NCBI GenBank assembly: GCA_012839035.1
Contig: DUOB01000039.1
Span: 245-64,244 of the forward strand
Direction: 5' to 3'
Length of the DNA stretch: 64,000 nucleotides
Source: Propionibacterium sp.
Lineage (GTDB): Bacteria > Actinomycetota > Actinomycetes > Propionibacteriales > Propionibacteriaceae
The position numbers and the translations under genes were made by a program. The notes below the pieces were generated by a model. The model worked only from the letters and a program-made list of their open reading frames with translations. It was not told where the DNA came from and ran no database searches. This document shows, piece after piece, positions 1 through 8,376 of the stretch (positions are counted from its first letter, which is position 1; every line of letters starts with the position of its first letter).

Positions 1-1
1 T

Positions 2-214
2 GGCCCGCCGGGCCATGCGTTGCAAGAATTGTGGATAGCCGGAAAGGCTGTCCACAGTTTTCCGACTCGGCTGCTGATCGACCAGATCCGCTCGATCGAT
101 ACCGGCTACGTCGTCGGCGATCCCGTCGACTACCTCCTGCGTGACGAGATGGATGCGATGGAAATCGCTCTTGGGCACTACCTCGGCATGATTTCCAGGG
201 CGCCGCGCGACTAG
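2..214 (+). CDS. PemK/MazF-like type II toxin, C-terminal part (5' end upstream of the window)
   Basis: Frame stays open back to nt 2. The tail ...FPTRLLIDQIRSIDTGYVVG...EIALGHYLGM resembles the C-terminal DQIRxxD segment of MazF/PemK toxins. Recognised by eye only. Confidence 0.35.
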   Translation, partial: GPPGHALQELWIAGKAVHSFPTRLLIDQIRSIDTGYVVGDPVDYLLRDEMDAMEIALGHYLGMISRAPRD

Positions 215-251
215 TAATCCCGGGTCTTGGGCGAAGCCCGGGACCACGTTT

Positions 252-587
252 CTATCCGCGCTGAGCTCCGCTTCCATGATCGTGATGCTGCTGCCCCATG
301 AGGTGCAGGACCGCGTGGGCCTCATTGTCGATGAGGCGATAGAGCACCGACCGCCCCTCGCGCCGCCCTTCCACCCAGCCCTGATCGCGCAGCACGCGGA
401 GGGCCTGGGAAGCAGCGGTCTGCGTGATCCCTGCCGCCGCGGCGAGATCCACGACCGGTGAATCGGGATGCAGGTGCATGTGCGTGAGCAGCGCCAACCT
501 GGTGGGGTCGGAGAGCAGGTCGAACCGGCGCGCCCACTCCTCGGTCGATCCGGGCGGGCGAGTGTGGTCATCACCGAGTTTCGTCAT
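252..587 (-). CDS. ArsR/SmtB-family metal-responsive transcriptional repressor
   Basis: 111 aa with a winged-HTH core (LLSDPTRLALLTHM...VVDLAAAAGITQTAASQALRVLRDQGWV...GRSVLYRL) and a His-rich C-terminal tail (QQHHDHGSG). ATG start; divergent from the ABC operon. Confidence 0.85.
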   Translation of the reverse strand: MTKLGDDHTRPPGSTEEWARRFDLLSDPTRLALLTHMHLHPDSPVVDLAAAAGITQTAASQALRVLRDQGWVEGRREGRSVLYRLIDNEAHAVLHLMGQQHHDHGSGAQRG

Positions 588-624
588 CCACCTGCCCTCG
601 CCAATGGTCCGCTGCTAGGCTCCC

Positions 625-652
625 AGACATGTGTCCGACCAGACACATTTCT
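625..652. promoter_or_regulatory. Candidate operator: imperfect inverted repeat in the ArsR/ABC divergent intergenic region
   Basis: AGACATGTGTC-CGACC-AGACACATTTCT. The reverse complement of GACATGTGTC is GACACATGTC, matching the second arm at 9 of 10 positions. It lies between two divergent start codons. Confidence 0.3.
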
Positions 653-658
653 TCGTGA

Positions 659-2284
659 TTGGACGCCGCAATGGTATCGCGCACTGCCCTCGGCTTGGCT
701 GCTCTCGGCACCGCTGCCGCGCTCGCCCTGGCTGCTTGTTCCCCTCCGGCCGCCCCCACCGCAGGGCAGCCCACCGACGGGATCGTCCTTGCCGACGCCG
801 CCGATCTCGGGGGCTACAACCCGGTCGCGGGCTATGGCGAGCTCGGCGTATCACCGCTCTATGACGGCCTGCTTACCCTGCACAGCGACAACCCCGACAC
901 CCTGCCGACCTTCAAGCCCGCCCTCGCCACCGCGCTGCCCACGCACAATGACGACTTCACCGTGTGGGAGGTCCCGCTGCGGACCGGCGTGACGTTCCAC
1001 GACGGCTCCACCTTCGACGCCGCAGACGTCGTGGCCACTTATGAGGCCGTGCTCGATCCCGCGAGCGCGTCGGAGATCGCGTCCGCCTTCGACATGGTCA
1101 ACCGGGTCACCACCTCGACGACCGCAACGGGGGAGAGCGTCACTTTCACCCTCAACTATCCGTACGCCGACTTCCCTGCCCGCATGCTCCTCGCCATCGC
1201 GCCGTCGGAGAAGCTCACCGGTGGCCCGGCGTCGGAATCGAGCCTGAATCGCGAGCCCGTTGGCACCGGCCCGTTCACGCTCGCCGAGCTCAGCGCCGAC
1301 AAGGCCGTGTTCACCGCCAACGCCGACTATTGGAACGGCGCTCCCAAGGTCGCGAGCCTGACCACCGTGCACGTGCCCGACGACAACACCCGAGCGATGC
1401 GCGTGAAGGCCGGCGAGTTCGACGGCACGAGCATTCCGCCGGCGCTGGCCAGCGCTTTCACCAACGCACAGGGCTACACAGTCGTCAGCGCGCGCTCGGC
1501 CGACTGGCGCGGGGTGTCGCTGCCGGCCGACTCGACGTTCACCCGCGACGCCCGAGTGCGCATCGCGCTGAACCACGCCGTCAACCGCCAGGCCATGCTC
1601 GACACGGTTCTGGTCGGGCGCGGCACCCTCGCGTACACACCGGTCTCCCCGGTCTATGGCGACGCCTTCGACCCGAACGCCACGTTCAGCTTCGACCAAG
1701 CCCGTGCCCGCCAGTTGCTCGACGAGGCCGGCTGGGTGCCCGGGCCGGACGGCGTACGCAGCAAGGGCGCCGACCGCGCGTCGTTCCCGCTGGCGTACAA
1801 CCCGTCCGACACCGTACGCCGTGACCTCGCCGCCGCGTTCGCCGCTGACCTCAAACAGATCGGGGTCGAGGTGAAGCTCGAGGCGCTCGGCTGGGACAAG
1901 ATCGAGCCGCGGATCGGCTCGCTCGGCGTGCTGCTGGGCGGGGGTGACAAGCCCTATTCGATCGACACGCAAGTGCACGCCGCGCTGCACACCCCGATGG
2001 CCGGCACGGCCGTCTGGGACAACCCTGGCCGCTTCGGCACGCCGGCGATGGACGCCGCCCTCGACCGCGCCCGCAAGACCGCCGACGGGCCGACCCGCGC
2101 GGCGCTCTATCGCGAGGTGCAGACGCACTATCTGACCGAGCCGTCGTACGTCTTTCTCGTCTTCGTCGACCACACCTACGTCGCGCGGGACAGCGGCTGG
2201 CAGCGCGGGCCGCTCACGATCGAGCCGCACGCCCACGGTGTGAGCTGGGGGCCCTGGTGGAACCTCGCGTCGTGGACACGCTGA
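659..2284 (+). CDS. ABC transporter substrate-binding lipoprotein, family 5 (peptide/nickel/opine type)
   Basis: 541 aa with a lipobox (LALAAC) and family-5 SBP-like composition throughout. It is the first gene of a 5-gene ABC operon. TTG at 659; an in-frame ATG at 671 is an alternative start. Confidence 0.85.
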   Translation: MDAAMVSRTALGLAALGTAAALALAACSPPAAPTAGQPTDGIVLADAADLGGYNPVAGYGELGVSPLYDGLLTLHSDNPDTLPTFKPALATALPTHNDDFTVWEVPLRTGVTFHDGSTFDAADVVATYEAVLDPASASEIASAFDMVNRVTTSTTATGESVTFTLNYPYADFPARMLLAIAPSEKLTGGPASESSLNREPVGTGPFTLAELSADKAVFTANADYWNGAPKVASLTTVHVPDDNTRAMRVKAGEFDGTSIPPALASAFTNAQGYTVVSARSADWRGVSLPADSTFTRDARVRIALNHAVNRQAMLDTVLVGRGTLAYTPVSPVYGDAFDPNATFSFDQARARQLLDEAGWVPGPDGVRSKGADRASFPLAYNPSDTVRRDLAAAFAADLKQIGVEVKLEALGWDKIEPRIGSLGVLLGGGDKPYSIDTQVHAALHTPMAGTAVWDNPGRFGTPAMDAALDRARKTADGPTRAALYREVQTHYLTEPSYVFLVFVDHTYVARDSGWQRGPLTIEPHAHGVSWGPWWNLASWTR

Positions 2285-3294
2285 CCGCGTCCGCTCTCGT
2301 CGCCGGGAGGCGTACGCGTCGTCGCCGCGAGATCCGCGGCCTCATCGGGCGTCGCGTGCTGTGGACGGTGCCGCTGCTGATCGTGATCTCGATGGGGTTG
2401 TTCGCGCTCGCCCAGGCGTCGCCGTTCGATCCGTTGGTGGGCTATCTGGGCGATCGCTATCAGTTCACGTCGATGGAGCAGCGGGCCACGATCACGGCCA
2501 CGCTTCAGCTCGACCAGGGCTGGTGGGGCGCGTGGACGGCTTGGGCGGGCGACGTGCTGAGCGGGGACCTGGGGCATTCACGGTCGTACGCCATGCCGGT
2601 CGCTGCCGTCGTCGCCGAGCGCCTGCCGTGGACCCTCCTGCTGTCGGCATCCGGGCTGATCATCGCCGTGGCGCTCGGGTTGGCCGGTGGCCTGATGGCC
2701 GCCTATCGCCCCGGTTCGGTGATCGATCGGGTCGCCGCGGGACTGGCTGTCGTCGCTCAGGCCGTGCCCCCGTTCGTGCTGGCGCTCGCCACGGTGGTCG
2801 TCGGCGCGCTGGTGCTCGGCTGGTTCCCCGCGGGCGGCGCGCGACCCGTGGTGGGGGATGCGACGTGGGCGACCGTCGCGCACCATCTGGTGCTGCCCGC
2901 GTTCGTGCTGGGCATCTCGCAGACCCCGTGGCTGCTGCTCACCGTGCGGGCTGAGGCAACGGCGGCGTTGGCGTCCGATCCGGTGCGCGGAGCAGTGGCG
3001 CGTGGGGTCGCGTGGGGTCAGGTGGTCCGGGGGCATGTGCTGCCGGCGGCGTTGGTCCCGTTGGTGACGCTGGTGGGCGTGCGCCTGCCCGAGCTCATCG
3101 TCGGCGCGGTGCTCGTCGAGGAGGTCTTCGCATGGCCGGGGTTGGCTGCCGCGTTGGTGACGTCGGCGCGGACGCTCGATCTGCCCCTGCTCGCGTTCCT
3201 GACTGTCACGAGCACGGCCCTGGTCTTGGTCGGGTCGTTGCTGGCTGACATCGCCTATCTGGTGATTGATCCTCGGGTGCGGGCCGATGACTGA
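2257..3294 (+). CDS. ABC transporter permease (DppB/NikB-like)
   Basis: 345 aa polytopic membrane protein overlapping the SBP stop. N-terminus is typical (RRVLWTVPLLIVISMGLFAL). GTG at 2257 or 2272. Confidence 0.85.
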   Translation: MEPRVVDTLTASALVAGRRTRRRREIRGLIGRRVLWTVPLLIVISMGLFALAQASPFDPLVGYLGDRYQFTSMEQRATITATLQLDQGWWGAWTAWAGDVLSGDLGHSRSYAMPVAAVVAERLPWTLLLSASGLIIAVALGLAGGLMAAYRPGSVIDRVAAGLAVVAQAVPPFVLALATVVVGALVLGWFPAGGARPVVGDATWATVAHHLVLPAFVLGISQTPWLLLTVRAEATAALASDPVRGAVARGVAWGQVVRGHVLPAALVPLVTLVGVRLPELIVGAVLVEEVFAWPGLAAALVTSARTLDLPLLAFLTVTSTALVLVGSLLADIAYLVIDPRVRADD

Positions 3295-4123
3295 GCGCAG
3301 CGCAATGCCTGATCGGGTCATCCGGGCGGCGGGGATCGCGCTGGCGATCGTGGTGGCGTACGCCGTCGTTGTGCCGATGATCGCGCCGGTGACGTGGCAG
3401 GAGGTCTCGCTCGGGGACGCCCGACGCGGGCCGTCGCTGCTGCACTGGTTCGGCACCGACAACGCCGGTCGCGACCTGTTCGTGCGGGTGGCTCTGGGTT
3501 TGCGGGTGAGCCTGCTGATCGCGGTGGTCTGTGCGGTGGTCTCGACGGTGCTGGGCGTGCTGATCGGGACGATCGCGGCGGCGGCGCGGGGGGTGACCGA
3601 CGGCGTACTCATGCGCTTCACCGACGCCACCAACGCCCTCCCGCACCTGTTGCTGGGCATCGTGATCGTGGCGTTCTTCCCCGGCAATCTGCTCGCGATC
3701 ATCGCGTCGATCTCGCTGACGCACTGGCCGCAGGTGGCGCGGATCGTCCGCTCGGTCGCGCTCACCACCCACAGCATTGAGTTCGTGGACGCGGCCTATC
3801 TCGCGGGCGCCTCACGCTGGTTCGTGGTCGCGCGGCATCTGATCCCAGCGGCTGCCGGGCAGGCGTCGGTGGCCTTGGTGCTGTTGCTCCCGCACGCGAT
3901 CTGGCACGAGTCGACACTGTCGTTCCTGGGGCTCGGTTTGGCGCCGGACCGCGCGTCGTTGGGCACGCTGCTCGCGATCTCGCGCGGCGAGGTGCTGATC
4001 GGCGGCTGGTGGACGCTGGCGTTCCCCGCGTTGGCGCTGGTCGTGACGACGTTGGCGGTGTCGGGGTTGGCGGGCGCACTGCAGCGTCGGGTGGCCCCGC
4101 AATCTCTGGCGAGGGTGGCATGA
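3287..4123 (+). CDS. ABC transporter permease (DppC/NikC-like)
   Basis: ATG at 3287 overlaps the upstream stop; the ORF track opens at TTG 3266. Multi-TM protein containing GTDNAGRDLFVRV, as in DppC/NikC permeases. Confidence 0.85.
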   Translation: MTERSAMPDRVIRAAGIALAIVVAYAVVVPMIAPVTWQEVSLGDARRGPSLLHWFGTDNAGRDLFVRVALGLRVSLLIAVVCAVVSTVLGVLIGTIAAAARGVTDGVLMRFTDATNALPHLLLGIVIVAFFPGNLLAIIASISLTHWPQVARIVRSVALTTHSIEFVDAAYLAGASRWFVVARHLIPAAAGQASVALVLLLPHAIWHESTLSFLGLGLAPDRASLGTLLAISRGEVLIGGWWTLAFPALALVVTTLAVSGLAGALQRRVAPQSLARVA

Positions 4124-4154
4124 CGGGCCGGGCGACCAGGACAGGAGGGGCGAG

Positions 4155-5018
4155 ATGAGTGCACGCATGAGGGGTCTGACCCTCCGGATTCCCACCTCCG
4201 TCGCGGGGCACGCGCGGTTGGTGGAGCCGGCGACGGACGTGGACCTGTCGCTGGAGTCGGGGCGCGTGCACGCCCTCGTGGGAGAGTCCGGCGCCGGGAA
4301 GTCGGTGCTGGCGTCGGCGTTCACCGGGCTGCTGCCGGCGGCCACGATGGTGCTCGGCGGGACAGTGGAGGTGGCAGGGCAGGACGTGACCCACGCGCTG
4401 ACCCAGCCCCGCGATCGGGTGTGGCGTACGCTCCGTGGCCGGATTGTCGGGGTCGTCCCGCAGTCGGCGGCGACGTCGTTCACGCCGACCCGCACGATCG
4501 GGCGGCAACTCCACGAATCCGTCCGCGCGCTCGGTGGGCAGATGGACGTCGCTGGTCTGGCGGAGGCGGCGCGGTTGCCGGCGTGGGCGCTGGCGGCGTA
4601 CCCGCACGAACTGTCCGGCGGCCTGGCCGCGCGAGCCGGCCTCGCGGGGGCGCTGGCGGGGCAGCCGTCGATCCTGATCGCCGACGAACCCACGGCATCG
4701 CTGGATCCGGAGTTGTCGCAGGAGGTGCTCGGGTTGTTGCGCGCGCAGGCTGACGCGGGGGTGGCGGTGCTGCTGATCACCCACGACGTGGTGAGCCTGC
4801 TGGATGGTGGCTGGGCGGATGAGGTGTCGGTGATGTACGCCGGACGACTCGTCGAACAGGGACCGGCGGGCGGGGTTCTGGGGAGGCCGGAGCACGCGTA
4901 CACGCGGGCGCTCATCGAGGCCTTGCCGCGCAACGGTTTGCGCGCGGCCGGTGATCCGGAGAGCCTCCTCCAGCTCGACACCGTGGGGATCGAGGAGCAC
5001 CTGGGGATGGTCGGGTGA
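4155..5018 (+). CDS. ABC transporter ATP-binding protein (DppD/NikD-like)
   Basis: Walker A GESGAGKS, signature LSGG, Walker B ILIADEPT. GGAGGGG Shine-Dalgarno before the ATG. Confidence 0.9.
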   Translation: MSARMRGLTLRIPTSVAGHARLVEPATDVDLSLESGRVHALVGESGAGKSVLASAFTGLLPAATMVLGGTVEVAGQDVTHALTQPRDRVWRTLRGRIVGVVPQSAATSFTPTRTIGRQLHESVRALGGQMDVAGLAEAARLPAWALAAYPHELSGGLAARAGLAGALAGQPSILIADEPTASLDPELSQEVLGLLRAQADAGVAVLLITHDVVSLLDGGWADEVSVMYAGRLVEQGPAGGVLGRPEHAYTRALIEALPRNGLRAAGDPESLLQLDTVGIEEHLGMVG

Positions 5019-5650
5019 GCCTGACGGCGTCAGAGCTGCGCGTCGGTTATGACGGTCGGGTCGTGCTGGATGGGTTGTCGTTCAGCGTCGAGGCAGGGGA
5101 GACGGTCGGGCTGTGCGGGCCGTCCGGGTCCGGAAAGTCGACCCTCGCGCGGGCCCTGGCCGGGCTGGTGCGACCGGCGGCGGGGAGTGTCATGTGTGAC
5201 GGCGTCCCGGTCTCCACGCGGCGCGGCCGGATGAGTGGGGCCGTGGCGATGCTGTTCCAGTCGCCCCGGCGCTCGTGCAGCCCCCGCGTGCGGTTGGGGG
5301 ACCTGATCGCCGAGCCCTTGCGGCTGCGCGGGGTGCCGGGGCGGGAGCAGGGTGCGCTTGTGGCCGCGGCGGCGAGCGAGGCGGGGCTGGGTGAGAGCTT
5401 GCTCGGACGCTTGCCGGCGGAGGTGAGCGACGGCCAACTCCAGCGGGCCGCGCTGGCGCGGGCGCTGGCGGCGGAGCCGCACTACCTGATCTGCGACGAG
5501 GCCACCACGATGCTTGATGCCCTCACCACGGCCTCCGTCGTCGCGGTGCTGAAGCGTCGAGCGGCTGCCGGGTTGGGCGTACTCGCCATCAGTCATGACC
5601 GCGAGCTCCTCGACGTCTGGGCCGATCGGGTGGTCACGCTCGGGGCGTGA
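5015..5650 (+). CDS. ABC transporter ATP-binding protein (short DppF/NikE-like)
   Basis: Walker A GPSGSGKST, signature variant SDGQ, Walker B LICDEAT. GTGA overlap with the upstream gene. 211 aa, with no C-terminal oligopeptide-type extension. Confidence 0.9.
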   Translation: MSLTASELRVGYDGRVVLDGLSFSVEAGETVGLCGPSGSGKSTLARALAGLVRPAAGSVMCDGVPVSTRRGRMSGAVAMLFQSPRRSCSPRVRLGDLIAEPLRLRGVPGREQGALVAAAASEAGLGESLLGRLPAEVSDGQLQRAALARALAAEPHYLICDEATTMLDALTTASVVAVLKRRAAAGLGVLAISHDRELLDVWADRVVTLGA

Positions 5651-5678
5651 GGTGCTGCGGGGGATCATCTGGCACGAG

Positions 5679-5738
5679 GCCCGGGAAACTGCCACGTTGC
5701 CCGAGAAGTATCCAGGGCAAGGATGCAGCTTCCTGGGC
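5679..5738. repeat. 60-nt imperfect-palindrome (hairpin) repeat, copy 1
   Basis: GCCCGGGAAACTGCCACGTTGCCC-GAGAAGTATCCA-GGGCAAGGATGCAGCTTCCTGGGC. It matches nt 12936-12995 at 51 of 60 positions (hand alignment) and starts 29 nt after the ABC ATPase stop. Confidence 0.6.
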
Positions 5739-6321
5739 GGGGTGGGTGAGGATCCTGCAGGCGCACGGTGCCCCCGGCAGGAAACCGTCCCGATTCCTAA
5801 AAGGGAAGTTTCCGCACCGACGGGTTGATTTTCCTGGCCCGTGTGAAAAGGGCGTCCCGCAGCGGGTGGAATTTCCAGAAAAGTTTCTGAATGAAGCAAG
5901 AGTCCGGTTTTTCAGCTCTTTGTCGGGGCGGTGTCTGCGTTATTTCCCACGCATTGCCTGACGCTCCCGGAGGGTTGGTGAGGAAATTTCGCGCGTCGAC
6001 CAGACGTGCGGACGTGCGGGACGGCCCGGGGCGGAAACCCCTGCGTACTAGGGGTCGTAGTGGGTGCGGGCGGGGCCGCAGACTTGCACGCATGTCTGAA
6101 AGGCATCTCCAAGAATTCAATGTCTACGCAGTTTCGCGTAGGTCGCGCCCTTTTCCGGCCGAGTTGCTGCGTTTCCTTCACTTCGCGCTCAGAGCCCCGT
6201 TATGATCCAGCGTGGATGCCCCGTTGACTACGGCTGATAAAGCCGTCATCGGGGTTGAAGAAATTGAGCGAACCGCTCGAGAAACGATCACGAACCCAGC
6301 GTCCCCAGTGAGGAGTCAAGC

Positions 6322-7668
6322 ATGAGCCAACTAGCCAACGCGACGGTGGGCCGGACCCCCGCCCCAGTCAAGGAGGTGGGTCATGGCAAGGCCGTCCTCT
6401 GGCTGCTTATCGGCACCCTCTTCCTCTCGGGTACGCCGCTGTGGGTCAAGGCGTCCAACATGGACCCGGCCACCCAGGCCTTCTTGCGTGTCATCCTGGG
6501 CTTCCTCCTGCTGCTCCCCTTGGGCATCCAGGAGATCCGCAAGAAGCAAGGCCTGCATCGCCAGGGCATCATCCTGGCTGCGATCTCCGGCATCTTCCTG
6601 GGCATCGACTTCACGGCCTGGAACTATTCGATCTTCCTGATCGGCTCTGGTGTGGCAGCGATTCTGCTCAACCTGCAGGTCGTGATCGTCCCAATCCTGG
6701 CAGCGGTCGTGGACAAGGTGAAGTTGCCCAAGTCCTTCGTCTTCATCCTCCCGGTCATGATCGTCGGCGTGCTCTTCACCGGCGGCGTCTTCGAGCCTGC
6801 TGAAGGTGCGGCTGGCCCGGCGATGATCGGTGGCATCAAGACGTCGGTCATCGGCACAGCCTTCGGTCTGACCTCCGGCCTCTGCTACTCCCTCTATCTG
6901 TATCTCTCGCGCAAGGCGTCGACCAGCGCCCCGCGCAAGGACCTCTACATCCAGCCGATGATGTACACGATGCTGGCGCAAGCGGTTGCTCCGGTCATCT
7001 GGATGTTCACCGGCGGCAATGGCTTCAATGTCACCCAGGGTGTGCTCACCAAGGACCCTGTTTCCGGTGAAATGGTCCTCCCGGCAGCGCTCGGCGACAA
7101 CCCGACCCTGCGCGAGGCCACCATGGCCGGCGACCCGGTCAACATGGGCAACTGGGTCAGCCTCATTCTGCTGATCGTCCTCGGCCAGGCCGCTGCCTGG
7201 ACCCTGGTTCAGTATGGCTCTGTCTGGCTGCACCCGACCCTGTCCGCCGGCATCTTGCTGCTCTCCCCGGTGACGTCGGTCATCATCGCTGGTCCGCTGT
7301 TCGCTGAGTGGCCGTCCTGGCTGCAGTGGGTGGGCGTGGCGCTGATTCTGCTCTGCGTCAGTTGGCAGAACGGTTTGATTCAGACAGCCGCGGGAGCCCT
7401 CACCGGGAAGAAGAGAGCAGATGCCGGAGGCGCCCTCGTTCAGAAGGAGAAGGCGCTTCTTCGAGAGGGGCACTGGACGAAGAGTCGAGCAGCGTTCGCC
7501 TTGCTGGGCATGGCTGCCACGTTGCTCGGCATCGCAGCCGCCGCCCACAACTTCGTCACGGGTCAAGTGGGCTGGAACACGGCCTTCACCATCGCGCAGA
7601 CCGTCATCTCCGCTGCGCTCACGGTCATCGTCACGCAGGATGGACAGCACGGCGTCGAGAAGTCCTGA
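6322..7668 (+). CDS. DMT-superfamily (EamA-like) membrane transporter with a C-terminal 2-TM extension; first gene of the urease operon
   Basis: 448 aa with two EamA-like 5-TM halves (LWLLIGTLFLSGTPLWVKAS..., ...ILLIVLGQAAAWTLVQYG...) plus two extra TM segments near the C-terminus. GAGGAG SD. The gap to ureAB is only 51 nt and has no hairpin. Confidence 0.7.
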   Translation: MSQLANATVGRTPAPVKEVGHGKAVLWLLIGTLFLSGTPLWVKASNMDPATQAFLRVILGFLLLLPLGIQEIRKKQGLHRQGIILAAISGIFLGIDFTAWNYSIFLIGSGVAAILLNLQVVIVPILAAVVDKVKLPKSFVFILPVMIVGVLFTGGVFEPAEGAAGPAMIGGIKTSVIGTAFGLTSGLCYSLYLYLSRKASTSAPRKDLYIQPMMYTMLAQAVAPVIWMFTGGNGFNVTQGVLTKDPVSGEMVLPAALGDNPTLREATMAGDPVNMGNWVSLILLIVLGQAAAWTLVQYGSVWLHPTLSAGILLLSPVTSVIIAGPLFAEWPSWLQWVGVALILLCVSWQNGLIQTAAGALTGKKRADAGGALVQKEKALLREGHWTKSRAAFALLGMAATLLGIAAAAHNFVTGQVGWNTAFTIAQTVISAALTVIVTQDGQHGVEKS

Positions 7669-7719
7669 CAGCCCTGCCATTCCGTCGACAGAACCAACTT
7701 CATTGATCTAGGAGGAAAC

Positions 7720-8376
7720 GTGCGGATCACACCGCGAGAACAAGAGAAGCTGCTGATCGTCGTCGCAGCTGACGTGGCACGCCGCCGCCGCGAACGAGGC
7801 GTCAAGCTCAACCAGCCGGAGGCCGTGGCTCTGATCACGTCCGAGATCATGGAAGGCGCCCGCGATGGCCGCTCCGTGGCCGAGCTGATGGGCTTCGGCA
7901 CCACCATCCTCACCACCGACGACGTGATGGACGGCATCGCCGACCTGATCGACGTCATCCAGGTCGAGGCGACCTTCCCCGACGGCACCAAGCTCGTCTC
8001 GGTGCACCAGCCCATCCGGGCAGTCGGGGCGGCGCCCACGGCGCGTCCGGGCGAGGTCATCCTCAATGACGAGCCGATCGTCATCAACGAGGGCCGCGAA
8101 GCGATCTCGGTCGAGGTGAAGAACACTGGTGACCGGCCGATCCAGGTCGGCTCCCACTTCCACTTCGCCGAGGTCAACTCGGCGCTGGAGTTCGACCGGG
8201 ATGCCACCGTCGGCTTCCGACTCGACATTCCCGCCGGCACCGCAGCCCGGTTCGAGCCGGGCGATGCCCGCTCGGTCAACCTCGTGGCCTTCGGGGGCAA
8301 CCGGGCCGTGTATGGCTTCAACAACAAGGTCGAGGGTTCGCTCGACGCGTCCGGGAGCAAGGAGAACGCATCATGA
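7720..8376 (+). CDS. ureAB: Urease gamma-beta fusion subunit (UreA-UreB in one 218-aa polypeptide)
   Basis: Residues 1-100 are UreA-like ([13 protein letters not shown]...[17 protein letters not shown]). A short linker follows, then a UreB-like part ([17 protein letters not shown]...[11 protein letters not shown]...GNRAVYGF). GGAGGA precedes the GTG start. Confidence 0.9.
   Translation: MRITPREQEKLLIVVAADVARRRRERGVKLNQPEAVALITSEIMEGARDGRSVAELMGFGTTILTTDDVMDGIADLIDVIQVEATFPDGTKLVSVHQPIRAVGAAPTARPGEVILNDEPIVINEGREAISVEVKNTGDRPIQVGSHFHFAEVNSALEFDRDATVGFRLDIPAGTAARFEPGDARSVNLVAFGGNRAVYGFNNKVEGSLDASGSKENAS

Noticed and set aside
5647-6227. Five overlapping 73-107-aa ORFs in the large intergenic region
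   Set aside because: No Shine-Dalgarno sites. They overlap one another on both strands and have Arg/Gly/Pro-rich, non-protein-like sequences. The region is treated as non-coding.
6202-6237. 11-codon upstream ORF (MIQRGCPVDYG) whose stop lies in the loop of the 6219-6254 hairpin; possible leader peptide
   Set aside because: No ribosome-binding site precedes the ATG and no regulatory codon run is present. It cannot be distinguished from chance.
5651-6321. Riboswitch idea (guanidine/ykkC, NiCo or similar) for the leader of the transporter-urease operon
   Set aside because: I could not find the conserved cores I remember for these classes (for example GGUCCGAGAG-type or ACGR-loop hairpin pairs). 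It needs a covariance-model scan, so no riboswitch is claimed.
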